A stretch of DNA of 64,000 nt from Sphingomonadales bacterium (GTDB lineage Bacteria > Pseudomonadota > Alphaproteobacteria > Sphingomonadales > Sphingomonadaceae), in assembly GCA_038217075.1 (NCBI GenBank), contig JBBQPR010000004.1, positions 13,487-77,486 of the forward strand, in the 5' to 3' direction. This document shows positions 1-13,035 of this stretch, piece after piece; within the stretch, counting starts at the first letter, position 1, and every line of letters begins with the position of its first letter. Made by a program: the position numbers and the translations under genes. The notes under the pieces are model-generated. The model saw only the letters and a list, made by a program, of their open reading frames with translations. It was not told the DNA's origin and searched no databases.

Positions 1-1
1 T

Positions 2-115
2 GCGGCCGACTATCGACGGTTGCGCGCCACCCTGCCGCAATTGAACGTGCTCGGCGGCTGTTGCGGTACGGATTGCCGCCACATCGCCGCCATCGCCCGC
101 GCATGCACGGCCTGA
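2..115 (+). CDS. 3' end of homocysteine S-methyltransferase family protein (truncated by window edge)
   Basis: Frame 2 reads ...LPQLNVLGGCCGTDCRHIAAIA..* with the Zn-binding GGCCGT motif; TGA at 113-115. Confidence 0.75.
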   Translation, partial: AADYRRLRATLPQLNVLGGCCGTDCRHIAAIARACTA

Positions 116-176
116 CCAGGCCTATGCCCGCCGACCGCGCTTGCGTTGCGCGGGGACGGGGTTACTTGTCGCTCTC

Positions 177-1325
177 ATGACTACCCATGCCATCATCGTT
201 GCGGCCGGCAGCGGCCTTCGCGCCGGTGGCGGGGTGCCAAAGCAATATCGCAACCTGCTAGGCGCACCGTTGCTCCGGCACGCTGTCACCCATTTGCAGG
301 CCCATCCCGGCATCGATAGCATAAGCGTGGTCATCAATCCTTCTGATCGCGCGCTATATGACTCGGCGGTCGCCGGCCTGGCCCTTCCCCCACCCACCGC
401 TGGCGGGGAGACACGGCAACAATCCGTACTGAACGGCCTGGAGGCGCTGCTGGACGGCCCGCCGACGCTTGTCCTCGTTCATGACGCAGCGCGGGCCTTT
501 GTTCCCCCTCAACTGCTCGACGCGCTGCTCGGCGCCTTTGACGATTCGGCCAATGACGGCGCTGTGCCCGGCCTGCCCGCCATCGACAGCCTGCGCCGTG
601 GCAGCACGCATTATGAAACGACTGTTGATCGGGACGGCCTGTTCCGCGTGCAAACCCCGCAGGCCTTCCGATATCCCGCGCTGCTCGCCGCGCACCGCGC
701 CGCTGCACATGGCGCCACCGATGAACTGGGCATCGCCATGGCCGCCGGGCTGCGCGTTGCGATCACCCCCGGCGATGAACGTGCTTTCAAGGTGACGGAG
801 CCCGATGATTTTGCCAAAGCCTCGGCAATGAACAGCCCTGCCATGTCCTCGCGCGCCGCCAGCGGCTTTGATGTCCACCGTTTCGGCCCCGGCGACCATG
901 TCTGGCTGTGCGGCGTGCAGATACCGCACACGCACGGCCTCATCGGCCATAGCGACGCCGACGCGGCGCTCCATGCCCTCACCGATGCGCTGCTCGGCAC
1001 CATCAGCGCCGGCGATATCGGCGATCATTTCCCGCCGAGCGATCCAAAATGGCGCGGCGCCGCCAGCGATCAGTTTCTATCCCATGCCGCCAGGCTGGTT
1101 CGGGATGCGGGCGGCATCATCGATCACGTCGATGTGACGATTATCTGCGAACGACCAAAGGTCGGGCCGCACCGCCCGGCCATGCGGGCCCGCATCGCCG
1201 AAATCCTCGGGATCGGCATCGCGGGCGTCAGCGTGAAGGCGACCACGACCGAGGCGCTTGGCTTTACCGGCAGAAATGAAGGGCTCGCCGCACAAGCCAT
1301 CGCCAGCGTGCGTTTGCCTGTATAA
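177..1325 (+). CDS. ispDF: Bifunctional IspD/IspF (MEP cytidylyltransferase / MECDP synthase)
   Basis: AAGSGLRAGGGVPKQY, VLVHDAAR and QTPQAF (IspD); GFDVH, GHSDAD, GDIGDHFP and KATTTE (IspF). Confidence 0.96.
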   Translation: MTTHAIIVAAGSGLRAGGGVPKQYRNLLGAPLLRHAVTHLQAHPGIDSISVVINPSDRALYDSAVAGLALPPPTAGGETRQQSVLNGLEALLDGPPTLVLVHDAARAFVPPQLLDALLGAFDDSANDGAVPGLPAIDSLRRGSTHYETTVDRDGLFRVQTPQAFRYPALLAAHRAAAHGATDELGIAMAAGLRVAITPGDERAFKVTEPDDFAKASAMNSPAMSSRAASGFDVHRFGPGDHVWLCGVQIPHTHGLIGHSDADAALHALTDALLGTISAGDIGDHFPPSDPKWRGAASDQFLSHAARLVRDAGGIIDHVDVTIICERPKVGPHRPAMRARIAEILGIGIAGVSVKATTTEALGFTGRNEGLAAQAIASVRLPV

Positions 1326-1334
1326 GGCTTAGGG

Positions 1335-1856
1335 ATGGATCCCGAACTCATCACCACCGCTATCCGCGTTCTCGATGCCAATCGCGCTGCGGGCAAGACC
1401 ATCGCCACCGCGGAATCCTGCACCGGCGGGCTCGTCATGGCCGCACTGACCGAAATCGCCGGCGCGTCAGACGTCGTGGACCGCGGCTTCGTCACCTATT
1501 CCAACGAGGCCAAGATGGAGGCCATCGGCGTCAACCAGGATATTCTGGAAACATTCGGCGCCGTTTCGATAGCGGTTGCCTGGGCGATGGCACAAGGCGC
1601 GCTGAAGCACAGCCATGCCGATGTCGCCGTCGCTGTCACCGGTGTCGCCGGGCCGGGCGGCGGCAGCGAGAAAAAGCCCGTTGGCACCGTCGTCTTCGCC
1701 CGGGCGATGCGCGGCAGCGACCCCGACGCGGTGGTCGCTGATGTGCGGCATTTCGGCGATCTTGGCCGCAGCGAGATCCGCCGGCAGGCGGCGCTGGTGG
1801 CGCTCGAATTGCTGATGCCCGATTTGGTCGGCACCGGCGGCGCGCCCGAAGCCTAG
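1335..1856 (+). CDS. cinA: CinA C-terminal / NMN amidohydrolase (PncC) family
   Basis: AESCTGG, GFVTYSNEAK, GAVS, TGVAGPGGG..KPVGTV; usual position after ispDF. Confidence 0.92.
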   Translation: MDPELITTAIRVLDANRAAGKTIATAESCTGGLVMAALTEIAGASDVVDRGFVTYSNEAKMEAIGVNQDILETFGAVSIAVAWAMAQGALKHSHADVAVAVTGVAGPGGGSEKKPVGTVVFARAMRGSDPDAVVADVRHFGDLGRSEIRRQAALVALELLMPDLVGTGGAPEA

Positions 1857-2668
1857 TGCCGGCGTTGCCTCAGGCCCGCCCCGTGCGGCTGATCGGGCTG
1901 CCGACCGACAGCAATTCCAGTTTCCTGCGCGGCACGGCCGCGGCCCCGGCGCGCATCCGAGCCCAACTTTTCTCGTCTCACGGCAATCTGGCCACCGAAA
2001 GCGGCCGGGTGATCGACGGCGACATCGAAATGCGCGATGGCGGCGATCTGCCGCTCACCGAAACCGTCGGTGACGATGCAATGATCCGCACCGCCGTCGC
2101 CGCCGCTCTTGCTGCCGGCGAAGCCCCGCTGCTGCTCGGCGGCGATCACGCCATCACCTTCCCGATCATGCAGGCCATTGCCGCCCATCACGGGCCAGTC
2201 GACATCCTCCACTTCGACGCGCATCCCGATCTCTACGATGATTTCGAAGGCAATCCGCGCAGCCATGCCTCGCCGTTTGCACGCATACTGGAGGCCGGAC
2301 TGGCACGGCGATTGGTGCAGGTAGGCATCCGCACGCTGAATCCGCATTGCCAGGTCCAGGCCCAACGATTTGGTGTTGAAATCGTCCCGATGCGCAATTT
2401 TGCGCCCGCCAGCGTTCCCACGCTCGCTGGCCCTGTCTATATTTCGCTGGATCTGGACGGGCTTGATCCTGCCTTTGCGCCGGGAGTTTCACACCATGAA
2501 CCGGGCGGCTTGAGCGTTCGCAACATTCTTGACGTGCTAGCGCTCGTCGATGCGCCGGTAATCGGAGCCGATATCGTTGAATATAATCCGACCCGCGATA
2601 TCAACGACATGACGGCGGTCGTCGCCGCCAAATTCGTCAAGGAACTTGCGGCACTGCTGGCCCGTTGA
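1856..2668 (+). CDS. Agmatinase / arginase (ureohydrolase) family protein
   Basis: GGDHAIT, HFDAHPD, SLDLDGLDP..APG Mn-binding motifs. Confidence 0.9.
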   Translation: MPALPQARPVRLIGLPTDSNSSFLRGTAAAPARIRAQLFSSHGNLATESGRVIDGDIEMRDGGDLPLTETVGDDAMIRTAVAAALAAGEAPLLLGGDHAITFPIMQAIAAHHGPVDILHFDAHPDLYDDFEGNPRSHASPFARILEAGLARRLVQVGIRTLNPHCQVQAQRFGVEIVPMRNFAPASVPTLAGPVYISLDLDGLDPAFAPGVSHHEPGGLSVRNILDVLALVDAPVIGADIVEYNPTRDINDMTAVVAAKFVKELAALLAR

Positions 2669-3122
2669 TCGCCGGTACGCTGCCGGCCGGTGGCCCGTAG
2701 ACTCGCTCGGCGCGCGTTTCAAAGGCACCTACCATGCGCTTGAAGGCCTCCCCGAAAAACATCCCGGCGAGCCGTTCGAACATCTTGTTCCTGAATTCGA
2801 AATCCACCGAAAAATCGATCTCGCAACCGCCGTCGGCCGTCGGCTCGAAATACCAGTCATTGTCCAGATGCTTCAACGGACCGGAAATATATTCGACATG
2901 CAGATGCCCGGGCCGGTCCAACCGTACCCGGCTGGTAAAGCGTTCCCGCACCATTTTGAAGCCGACGATCATGTCGGCCGTCACCACATTGCCCTCGGTC
3001 TTCAATATGCGCAGCCCCTGCACCCAGGGCAGAAATTCCGGATAGCGGCCAATATCGGCCACCAGGTCGAACATCTGTTCAACGCTCCATGGCAATCGCC
3101 GCGTTTCGGTGTGCCGCGGCAT
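2637..3122 (-). CDS. ratA: RatA/PasT/COQ10 START-domain protein
   Basis: MFDLVADI..YPEFLPW, FTSRV, GPLKHL.N.W.F, AFE.RA; downstream of lipA. Confidence 0.9.
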   Translation of the reverse strand: MPRHTETRRLPWSVEQMFDLVADIGRYPEFLPWVQGLRILKTEGNVVTADMIVGFKMVRERFTSRVRLDRPGHLHVEYISGPLKHLDNDWYFEPTADGGCEIDFSVDFEFRNKMFERLAGMFFGEAFKRMVGAFETRAERVYGPPAGSVPAINGPAVPQVP

Positions 3123-3186
3123 CAGCCGTCAATCACCGGAAAACATCGCATTACCGGGCCAAACCCCATTGCCGCACCAACTGCCA

Positions 3187-4125
3187 TCAAGCCCGCGCCA
3201 TTTGCGCCCGCGCCCGCCGCTTCTGCTGCATTTCGGCAAAATCCTTGCCGGCGTGGTAGGATGACCGGGTCAACGGCGATGCGGCGACCTGCAAGAACCC
3301 CTTGGATCGCGCCACGGCTGCCAGCGCTGCAAACCGCGCCGGGGTGACGAATTCGGCAACCTTGGCATGGCGCGGTGTCGGTTGCAGATACTGCCCAACG
3401 GTCAGGAAATCGACGCCTGCCGATCGCATGTCGTCAAAAACCTGATGCAATTCCTGCTCGGTCTCGCCCAGTCCAACCATCACGCCCGATTTGGTAAACA
3501 CCTGCGGGCTGAGGCTCTTAACCTGATCGAGCAACCGTAGCGAATGATAATAACGCGCGCCGGGCCTGATCGTGGGGTACAGGCGCGGCACGGTTTCCAG
3601 ATTATGGTTGTACACGTCCGGGCCGGCCGCAACGATGGTCTCCACCGCCACCTTCGCCTTGTTGCGGAAATCCGGCGTTAAAATCTCGATGGTCGTCTGC
3701 GGCGCCGCCGCCCGCAATTCCTCGATAACGCGAACGAACTGCCCCGCCCCGCCATCGGGCAGATCGTCGCGATCGACCGAGGTGATGACGATATGCTCCA
3801 GCCCCAGCGCAGCAGCCGCTTCGGCAACATGGCGCGGCTCCAGCCTGTCCACAGGCCCCGGCATCCCGGTCTTCACGTTACAAAATGCGCAGGCGCGCGT
3901 GCAGGTATCGCCCAGGATCATCACGGTCGCGTGCTTCTGGCTCCAGCATTCGCCGATATTGGGGCAGGCAGCCTCCTCGCAAACTGTGTTCAGGTTCAGG
4001 CTGCGCATCAGCTTGCGGGTTTCGGCGAACGCCGCCGAGGTGGGGGCACGCACGCGGAGCCAATCGGGCTTGCGCGCCCGCAACGGCTGGATGAGGTTGA
4101 CATCAACGGCAGGATTTTCATTCAT
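3187..4125 (-). CDS. lipA: Lipoyl synthase
   Basis: [33 protein letters not shown]; start at MNENP is my estimate. Confidence 0.97.
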   Translation of the reverse strand: MNENPAVDVNLIQPLRARKPDWLRVRAPTSAAFAETRKLMRSLNLNTVCEEAACPNIGECWSQKHATVMILGDTCTRACAFCNVKTGMPGPVDRLEPRHVAEAAAALGLEHIVITSVDRDDLPDGGAGQFVRVIEELRAAAPQTTIEILTPDFRNKAKVAVETIVAAGPDVYNHNLETVPRLYPTIRPGARYYHSLRLLDQVKSLSPQVFTKSGVMVGLGETEQELHQVFDDMRSAGVDFLTVGQYLQPTPRHAKVAEFVTPARFAALAAVARSKGFLQVAASPLTRSSYHAGKDFAEMQQKRRARAQMARA

Positions 4126-4205
4126 CCGCACGAGATAGCGATTGCCGCCGCATATGCCAATCGTGCGCACGTGACGCAGCCGGATTCAACTGCTACCAAC
4201 CGGCC

Positions 4206-4859
4206 ATGCCCGAATTCAAGATTCTCATAGACGGATACCGCCGCTTTCGTAGTTCGGCCTATGTCGAGCAGCGGCAGCGCTATGATGCTCTTGCCAACAA
4301 GGGCCAAGATCCCAAGGTGATGATTATCGCCTGCTGCGACAGTCGCGTCGATCCGACACGTGTTTTCGATACCGAGCCGGGTCAGGCGTTCGTACTGCGC
4401 AATGTCGCCAATCTGGTGCCGCCCTATCAGCCGGATGATGCCCAGCATGGTGCCTCTGCGGCAATCGAATATGCCGTCACCGTGTTGAAGGTGCATCATA
4501 TCGTGGTTTTCGGCCATGCCCATTGCGGCGGCATCCAGGCTTCGCTCGACGGCACATTCGACAATGCGGCACATGGCAGCGGCGGTTTCATCGGCAGTTG
4601 GATGTCCATGATCGAACCGGCGCGCGACCGTATTCGCGCCGCGGCGGCCTTATCCGCCGACATCGACGCCGCCCAGGCGCTCGAGCTTGAGGCAATCCGC
4701 ATCAGCATTGCCAATCTGCGCAGCTTTCCGTTCGTTGCTGCAGCGGAGGCTGCTGGCGAAATGCGCATTCACGGCACTTTGTTCGACATTTCGGACGGAC
4801 TGTTGCGTGTGCTGGATGTCGAAAGCGGCCGCTTCGAAACGATTGGTATCGATTGGTAA
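4206..4859 (+). CDS. Beta-class carbonic anhydrase
   Basis: CCDSRV, RNVANLVP, GHAHCGG. Confidence 0.93.
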   Translation: MPEFKILIDGYRRFRSSAYVEQRQRYDALANKGQDPKVMIIACCDSRVDPTRVFDTEPGQAFVLRNVANLVPPYQPDDAQHGASAAIEYAVTVLKVHHIVVFGHAHCGGIQASLDGTFDNAAHGSGGFIGSWMSMIEPARDRIRAAAALSADIDAAQALELEAIRISIANLRSFPFVAAAEAAGEMRIHGTLFDISDGLLRVLDVESGRFETIGIDW

Positions 4860-4860
4860 T

Positions 4861-5250
4861 TTACGGCTTGGGTGGCGCATCCCACAACCGGCCGCGCGGA
4901 TCATTGGCCCCGGCGCGCTGTTCCACCCAGCGCTTGTGCCGTTGAAATCCACAACCCGATTGGCCACCGGCCCCCGATGCCGAACACGAACCGTTCCCGC
5001 CGGCGTCATAGTCAAACAGCCCGTTGCGCTCCCGCGATACGCTGACATTATGCGGGTCGCCGGGATCGGGTTCGTTCGGCAAAGGCAGGCGATAGGGTGA
5101 TTTGGGCGGATCGCCATCGGCGCATACGACGATCTCGCCCGGTTTTGCCTTGGGGCAAAGTGCGCTCAGCTTCGGCGGAATCGGCAGCGTGTCGCCCGCA
5201 ACAGGTGCCAGCATCCATGCAAGAACCGCCGCTGCAATCACCCGCGCCAA
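4861..5250 (-). CDS. Small exported Cys-containing hypothetical protein
   Basis: Signal-like N-terminus; CP..PGEIVVC, YRLP, GSCS..GAGGQSGC; abuts the lpdA stop. Confidence 0.7.
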   Translation of the reverse strand: MARVIAAAVLAWMLAPVAGDTLPIPPKLSALCPKAKPGEIVVCADGDPPKSPYRLPLPNEPDPGDPHNVSVSRERNGLFDYDAGGNGSCSASGAGGQSGCGFQRHKRWVEQRAGANDPRGRLWDAPPKP

Positions 5251-6645
5251 TCAATAATGCAATGCACGACCATAGGCATCAAGCACGCTTTCATGCATCA
5301 TTTCCGAAAGCGTTGGATGCGCAAACACCGTGTGCATCAATTCCTGCTCGGTCGTTTCCAGCGACCGCGCGATCACATAGCCCTGGATCAATTCGGTCAC
5401 TTCGGCGCCGACCATGTGCGCGCCAAGCAATTCGCCCGTCGCCGCATCGAATACGGTCTTCACAAAGCCCTCGGCCTCGCCCAGCGCAATCGCCTTGCCG
5501 TTGCCGATGAACGGGAATTTGCCAACCTTTACCTCGAGTCCTGCCGCCTTGGCCTTGGCCTCGGTCATGCCGACGCTTGCCACCTGCGGCCGCGAATAGG
5601 TGCAACCCGGAATCCCCGCCTTGTCGAGCGGATGTACGTGCATCCCGGCGATGGTTTCGACCGCAATTATGCCCTCGTGGCTGGCCTTGTGCGCCAGCCA
5701 GGGCGCGCCCGTCACATCGCCAATCGCCCAAAGCCCGGGCACGTTGGTGCGGCCAAAACCATCGTTGACGATATGGCCGCGATCGGTGGCGACGCCCAGT
5801 GCCTCCAGCCCGATATTTTCGGTATTGGGCACGATGCCGATGGCGACGATGACATGCGAAAATGCGAGGGTTTCCGCCTTGCCGTCCGCCGTGGTGATGG
5901 TTGCCTTCACCTCCGCCGCGCCTGGCGTCACATCGCTCACCTTGGCACCGGTCAAAATCCGCATGCCCTGCTTGGTCAGCGTCTTCTGCATGAAAGCCGA
6001 AACTTCCTCATCCTCAACCGGCAGCATCCGGTCGAGCATCTCGACGATCGTGACCTCGGCGCCCATGTCCCTGTAGAAACTGGCAAATTCAACGCCGATC
6101 GCGCCGGAACCGATCACCAGCAACCTCGTCGGCATTTCGGGCGGCACCATGGCGTGGCGATACGTCCACACCCGCTTGCCGTCCGCCGCCACGCCGGGCA
6201 GGTCCCGCGCCCGCGCCCCCGTCGCCACGATGACATTCTTCGCCGCCAGCACCCGCGTCTGATCGCCCGTCGTCACCGTCACCTCGGTCGCCGCCGTCAG
6301 GCTGCCAACCCCCTCGACAACGGTAACCTTGTTCTTCTTCATCAGGCCCTTGACGCCTGAATTCAGCTGCCCCGCTACCTTGCGCGACCGCTCGGTAATC
6401 TTCGCCAGATCGAACGAAACCCCCGTCGCCGCCAGCCCATAGGCGTTGGCATGGGTCATGTAATGATAGATTTCGCTCGTCCGCAGCAGCGCCTTGGTCG
6501 GGATACATCCCCAATTGAGGCAAATGCCGCCAAGCCGCTCGCGCTCGACAATGGCAACTTTCATGCCCAGCTGCGATGCCCGGATGGCGGCGACATAGCC
6601 ACCGGGACCAGACCCGAGGATTACGAGATCGAAGGTTTCAGTCAT
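5251..6645 (-). CDS. lpdA: Dihydrolipoyl dehydrogenase (E3)
   Basis: GSGPGGY, GGICLNWGCIPTK, HPTLSE. Confidence 0.97.
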   Translation of the reverse strand: MTETFDLVILGSGPGGYVAAIRASQLGMKVAIVERERLGGICLNWGCIPTKALLRTSEIYHYMTHANAYGLAATGVSFDLAKITERSRKVAGQLNSGVKGLMKKNKVTVVEGVGSLTAATEVTVTTGDQTRVLAAKNVIVATGARARDLPGVAADGKRVWTYRHAMVPPEMPTRLLVIGSGAIGVEFASFYRDMGAEVTIVEMLDRMLPVEDEEVSAFMQKTLTKQGMRILTGAKVSDVTPGAAEVKATITTADGKAETLAFSHVIVAIGIVPNTENIGLEALGVATDRGHIVNDGFGRTNVPGLWAIGDVTGAPWLAHKASHEGIIAVETIAGMHVHPLDKAGIPGCTYSRPQVASVGMTEAKAKAAGLEVKVGKFPFIGNGKAIALGEAEGFVKTVFDAATGELLGAHMVGAEVTELIQGYVIARSLETTEQELMHTVFAHPTLSEMMHESVLDAYGRALHY

Positions 6646-6678
6646 GCCAATTCCTTGCGCTCTCTCCCCGCACGGGCG

Positions 6679-8019
6679 TCACGCGACCAACGCCAGCGGC
6701 GCCTCGATCAACGCCTTGAACGCCGCCATCAATTCCGCCCCATCGGCGCCATCGATGGCGCGGTGGTCAAAACTGCCGGTAACCGTCATCACCGTCGCGA
6801 TCGCCAGCGCATCGCCCACCACAAAGGGCCGCTTTTCCCCCGCGCCCACCGCCAGGATCATGCCCTGGGGCGGGTTGATCACAGCGTCGAATTGCTTGAT
6901 GCCATACATGCCCAGGTTGCTGACCGACGCCGTGCCGCCCTGATATTCGTGCGGCTGCAATTTGCCGTCCCGCGCCTTTTCGGCCAGCGCCTTCATCTCG
7001 GTCGCGATCACCGACATCGGCTTCATATCCGCACCCACGATGATCGGCGTGATCAACCCCGAAGGCGACGCCACCGCCACCGAAATATCGGCACGGGTGT
7101 AACTGACCAGCGTTTCGCCGGCAAAGCTGACATTGGCCTTGGGGCACTGCCGCAGCGCCAGCGCCAGCGCCTTGATGACCATGTCGTTGACGCTCAGCTT
7201 GATCTTGCGCGGTTCCAGCGCGGCGTTCAACTCGCCGCGCAGCTTCAACAGCGCATCGATCCGCACATCGTTGGTCAGGTAGAAATGCGGCACAGTCTGC
7301 TTGGCCTCGGTCAACCGCCGCGCGATCACCTTCCTGACATTGCCCAGCTTTTCCTCACTGTGCGGAATATCGCTGAACGGCGGCCCGAACGCAGGCGCCG
7401 CCGCCTTCTTGTCACCGCCGGGCACGGGGGCGGGCGTCGCATCGCCGGCAACCGGAGCAGCCTTGGCCGCCACAGGCTTGCCAACCGCCGCCTCGACATC
7501 GGCGCGCACAATCCGCCCGTTGGGGCCAGAGCCAGCCACCGCCGCCAGATCAACCCCTTGCAGGGCCGCGATCCGCTTGGCCAACGGCGTTGCGATGACA
7601 CGCGAAGCCCCCTCGCCCCGCGCCGCAGCCGGCTCATGCACAGCAACCGGAATGACCTCTCCCCCTGCGCCAGAGGTCGGACTCGGCTCTTGGCGAGCAA
7701 GCGCAGGGGGCTCAACCGTCGCCGCACCAGGCGCAGCCTTCGGCGCTGGCGTAGCTTTCGACGCTGGCGCAGCCTCCTCGCCTTCACCGCGCAACCGCAT
7801 GATTACCTGCCCGACCGGCACGCCCTCCGCCCCTTCGGCGACAACCAGTTCGGCGACCACACCCTCGTCGATCGACTCAACCTCCATCGTCGCCTTGTCG
7901 GTCTCGATCTCGGCGAGCACATCGCCCGATTTGACCGCATCGCCAACCTTGACGACCCATTTCGACAGCGTGCCGGTCTCCATGGTTGGCGACAGCGCGG
8001 GCATGGTGATGTCGATCAT
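6679..8019 (-). CDS. pdhC: Pyruvate dehydrogenase E2 dihydrolipoamide acetyltransferase
   Basis: [14 protein letters not shown] lipoyl domain, GSGPNGRI E3-binding domain, DHRAIDG; ATG overlaps the pdhB stop. Confidence 0.95.
   Translation of the reverse strand: MIDITMPALSPTMETGTLSKWVVKVGDAVKSGDVLAEIETDKATMEVESIDEGVVAELVVAEGAEGVPVGQVIMRLRGEGEEAAPASKATPAPKAAPGAATVEPPALARQEPSPTSGAGGEVIPVAVHEPAAARGEGASRVIATPLAKRIAALQGVDLAAVAGSGPNGRIVRADVEAAVGKPVAAKAAPVAGDATPAPVPGGDKKAAAPAFGPPFSDIPHSEEKLGNVRKVIARRLTEAKQTVPHFYLTNDVRIDALLKLRGELNAALEPRKIKLSVNDMVIKALALALRQCPKANVSFAGETLVSYTRADISVAVASPSGLITPIIVGADMKPMSVIATEMKALAEKARDGKLQPHEYQGGTASVSNLGMYGIKQFDAVINPPQGMILAVGAGEKRPFVVGDALAIATVMTVTGSFDHRAIDGADGAELMAAFKALIEAPLALVA
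7654..7710. repeat. REP-like palindrome embedded in frame in the pdhC linker
   Basis: Perfect 10-bp inverted repeat CCCCCTGCGC (7661-7670) / GCGCAGGGGG (7701-7710), plus GACCTCT/AGAGGTC arms resembling the element at 52465. Confidence 0.45.
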
Positions 8020-9386
8020 TTGTAGCAAACCTTCTTCGCCGCGCTCACCACATCCTCGACCTTCAGCAGCGCGGCTTTCTCCAGATTGGCGGCATAGGGC
8101 ATCGGCACATCGACATTGGTCACCCGCAGCACCGGTGCATCCAGATCGTCGAACCCATGCTCCATGCAGACCGCAATGATCTCGCTCGAAATCGAGCAGA
8201 CCGGCCAGCCTTCCTCCACCACCACCATGCGGTTGGTTTTCTTCAAAGATGCCAGAACCGTCGCCGTATCCAACGGGCGCAACGTGCGCAGGTCGACGAC
8301 TTCGGCCTCGATGCCTTCCGCTGCCAGCGTCGTCGCTGCCTCCAGCGCCACACCAACGCCGATCGAATAGCTGACCAGGGTCACATCCTTGCCAGCCCGC
8401 ACCACCGCCGCCTTGCCGATCGGCACGACCACATCATCGCTCTCGGGCACATCGAAACTCTGCCCATAAAGTAGCTCATTTTCCAGGAATACCACCGGGT
8501 CCGGCGAGCGGATGGCGGCCTTCAGCAGCCCCTTGGCATCGGCGGCACTATAGGGCGCAATAACGATCAGGCCGGGCACGCTGGCATACCAGGGGCCATA
8601 ATTCTGGCTGTGCTGCGCCCCCACCCGCGATGCGGCGCCGTTCGGCCCGCGGAACACGATCGGGCACCGCATCTGGCCGCCGGACATGTAATTGGTCTTG
8701 GCCGCAGAATTGATGATGTGGTCGATGGCCTGCATGGCAAAGTTGAAGGTCATGAACTCGACAATCGGCTTCAACCCACCCATCGCCGCGCCCGCACCCA
8801 GCCCGGCAAAGCCATATTCGGTGATCGGCGTATCGACGACACGGCGCGGCCCGAATTCCTCCAACAGCCCTTGCGTCACCTTGTAGGCGCCTTGATATTC
8901 GGCGACTTCCTCACCCATCACGAAGACTTCAGGCGTGGAACGCATTTCCTCGGCCATGGCATCACGCAACGCCTCGCGCACCGTCTGGCGCTTGGTCGGG
9001 CCGTCATATTCGGCGACCGCTATCGGCTGAACAACAGGCGCCGGTGGCGCTGCGGGACTGGCCGTTGGGGTTGGCTTCGGCGTCTCGGCAACAACCGGCG
9101 CGGCAGCAGCGGGCTCGGGCGCAGCGGCAGGCGCAGCCAGCGTCTCCCCCTCCCCCAAAATCGTCGCGATCAACGTGCCGACCGGCACCCCTTCCGACCC
9201 CGCCGCAACGTGCAACCTGGCCACCACGCCGCCGTCGTCAGCCTCCAGTTCCATCGTCGCCTTGTCGGTCTCGATCTCTGCCAGCACATCGCCCGGTTTG
9301 ACCGTATCGCCTTCCTTCACCAGCCACTTGGCCAGCGTGCCTTCTTCCATGGTCGGCGACATGGCAGGCAGCTTGATTTCGGCCAT
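8016..9386 (-). CDS. pdhB: Pyruvate dehydrogenase E1 beta with N-terminal lipoyl domain
   Basis: IETDKA lipoyl domain; [26 protein letters not shown]. Confidence 0.96.
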   Translation of the reverse strand: MAEIKLPAMSPTMEEGTLAKWLVKEGDTVKPGDVLAEIETDKATMELEADDGGVVARLHVAAGSEGVPVGTLIATILGEGETLAAPAAAPEPAAAAPVVAETPKPTPTASPAAPPAPVVQPIAVAEYDGPTKRQTVREALRDAMAEEMRSTPEVFVMGEEVAEYQGAYKVTQGLLEEFGPRRVVDTPITEYGFAGLGAGAAMGGLKPIVEFMTFNFAMQAIDHIINSAAKTNYMSGGQMRCPIVFRGPNGAASRVGAQHSQNYGPWYASVPGLIVIAPYSAADAKGLLKAAIRSPDPVVFLENELLYGQSFDVPESDDVVVPIGKAAVVRAGKDVTLVSYSIGVGVALEAATTLAAEGIEAEVVDLRTLRPLDTATVLASLKKTNRMVVVEEGWPVCSISSEIIAVCMEHGFDDLDAPVLRVTNVDVPMPYAANLEKAALLKVEDVVSAAKKVCYK

Positions 9387-10456
9387 CAGTAGGTTCCCAC
9401 CAGCACGTCGGTATAAAGCTCGCTCAGGTCGGGCTCCGGCGCATCTTCGGCAAAATCGGCGGCGGCGGTCACGATATCGCGGACTTCCTTGTCGATGGCC
9501 TTCAAGCTGGCTTCATCGCCATAACCCGCTTCGATGATCTCCCGCTTGGCATGCTCGATCGGATCGGACTTTTCGCGCATCGCCTGGACTTCCTCGCGGC
9601 TGCGATATTTGGCGGGATCCGACATCGAATGGCCGCGATAGCGATAGGTCTTCAATTCCAGCAACAACGGCCCCTTGCCGGCACGAACCCATTCCACCGC
9701 GGTTTCGGCAGCGCCGCGCACCGCCAGCACATCCATGCCATCCACCTGCAACCCCGGCACCCGGAAACTTTCACCGCGGCGGTACAGCAAATCCTCCGAA
9801 CTGGCGCGGTTGACGCTGGTGCCCATGGCATACTGGTTGTTTTCAATGACGAAAATCACCGGCAGCTTCCACAGCTCGGCCATGTTGAAGCTTTCATACA
9901 CCTGGCCCTGATTCGAAGCGCCATCACCGAAATAGGTCACCGCGATGCCGCCATCGCCCTTGTACTTGTGCGCAAAGCCCAGCCCGGTTCCCAGCGGCAC
10001 CTGCGCCGCGACAATGCCATGGCCACCATAGAACCCGTGTTCGACGCTGAACATGTGCATGGAGCCACCCTTGCCCTTGGAGATGCCGGCCTGCCGTCCT
10101 GTCAGCTCCGCCATCACCGAATTGGCCGGGATCCCGGCAGCGAGCATATGGCCATGGTCGCGATAACCGGTGATAACCGAATCGGTGCTGTTCAATGCCG
10201 ATTGAATGCCCACCACAACGGCTTCCTGACCGATATACAGGTGGCAAAATCCGCCAATCATTCCCATGCCATACAGCTGGCCGGCGCGTTCCTCGAAGCG
10301 CCGGATCAGCAGCATCTGGCGATAAAATTCGAGCAGCTCTTCCTTGTTAGGCTTGTACCTTATCGGTTCATCAGGTCTTTGCCAGCTACCCACCGGGGAG
10401 GGCTTTGCGGCGGAACCTGCCTTCGAAGCGGGTTTTGGTGAAGCGGATCGAGCCAA
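9386..10456 (-). CDS. pdhA: Pyruvate dehydrogenase E1 alpha
   Basis: [19 protein letters not shown] motif, [11 protein letters not shown]; TTG start with GGAGG RBS. Confidence 0.97.
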   Translation of the reverse strand: MARSASPKPASKAGSAAKPSPVGSWQRPDEPIRYKPNKEELLEFYRQMLLIRRFEERAGQLYGMGMIGGFCHLYIGQEAVVVGIQSALNSTDSVITGYRDHGHMLAAGIPANSVMAELTGRQAGISKGKGGSMHMFSVEHGFYGGHGIVAAQVPLGTGLGFAHKYKGDGGIAVTYFGDGASNQGQVYESFNMAELWKLPVIFVIENNQYAMGTSVNRASSEDLLYRRGESFRVPGLQVDGMDVLAVRGAAETAVEWVRAGKGPLLLELKTYRYRGHSMSDPAKYRSREEVQAMREKSDPIEHAKREIIEAGYGDEASLKAIDKEVRDIVTAAADFAEDAPEPDLSELYTDVLVGTY

Positions 10457-10524
10457 GGTAAAGCCTCCGGGTTGTCCGGACGGTATAGGAGCCTTGCAGC
10501 AGCCGCCACAAGCCCAAGACGGCG

Positions 10525-10848
10525 CTATTTATCGTCCAGCGGAACGATCACCTCGTCCGATTTGACGACGTTCAGGTTCTGGCGGACCAGCTCATCGGCA
10601 AGATCGGGATCAACCTTGTGCGGGTCCAGCATTTTCACCTTCCGGCCAACCGCCGCCTTTGCCTCCGCACTTTGCGTCGCCTGTTTCTCCAGCGTGACGC
10701 GCTCAGCCTTATAGGCTTTCCAGGCGATCACGCCCGTCGGCCCGCCAATGGCATGCGAGACAAAATAACCGATCAACAAGATGCATATGGCCGGCAGCGC
10801 CGCGCGACGTAGATAGCCTGCAATGCGGGTGCTGTTCTGCATCGCCAA
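10525..10848 (-). CDS. ftsB: Septum formation initiator FtsB/DivIC family
   Basis: TM helix, G.TG, coiled coil, DPDLADELVR..L....DE; usual position upstream of pdhA. Confidence 0.85.
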   Translation of the reverse strand: MAMQNSTRIAGYLRRAALPAICILLIGYFVSHAIGGPTGVIAWKAYKAERVTLEKQATQSAEAKAAVGRKVKMLDPHKVDPDLADELVRQNLNVVKSDEVIVPLDDK

Positions 10849-10992
10849 TCGATACCGGCGGCGCGATTCCGGGGCAAGCAGGTTTTGGCGCCAACCCGCG
10901 TACCCCCGATAATGCAGGGCGTGGTTTGCACCAAAAGCCCTGCTATGGCATCGCCATCAACATAAAACACGATCATCTCGGGGAGAGAGCCA

Positions 10993-13029
<2,037 letters not shown>

Positions 13030-13035
13030 GGCGCA

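Noticed and set aside
2637-3122. RatA as a toxin-antitoxin system
   Set aside because: No antitoxin partner; lipA-linked COQ10-like START proteins are housekeeping.
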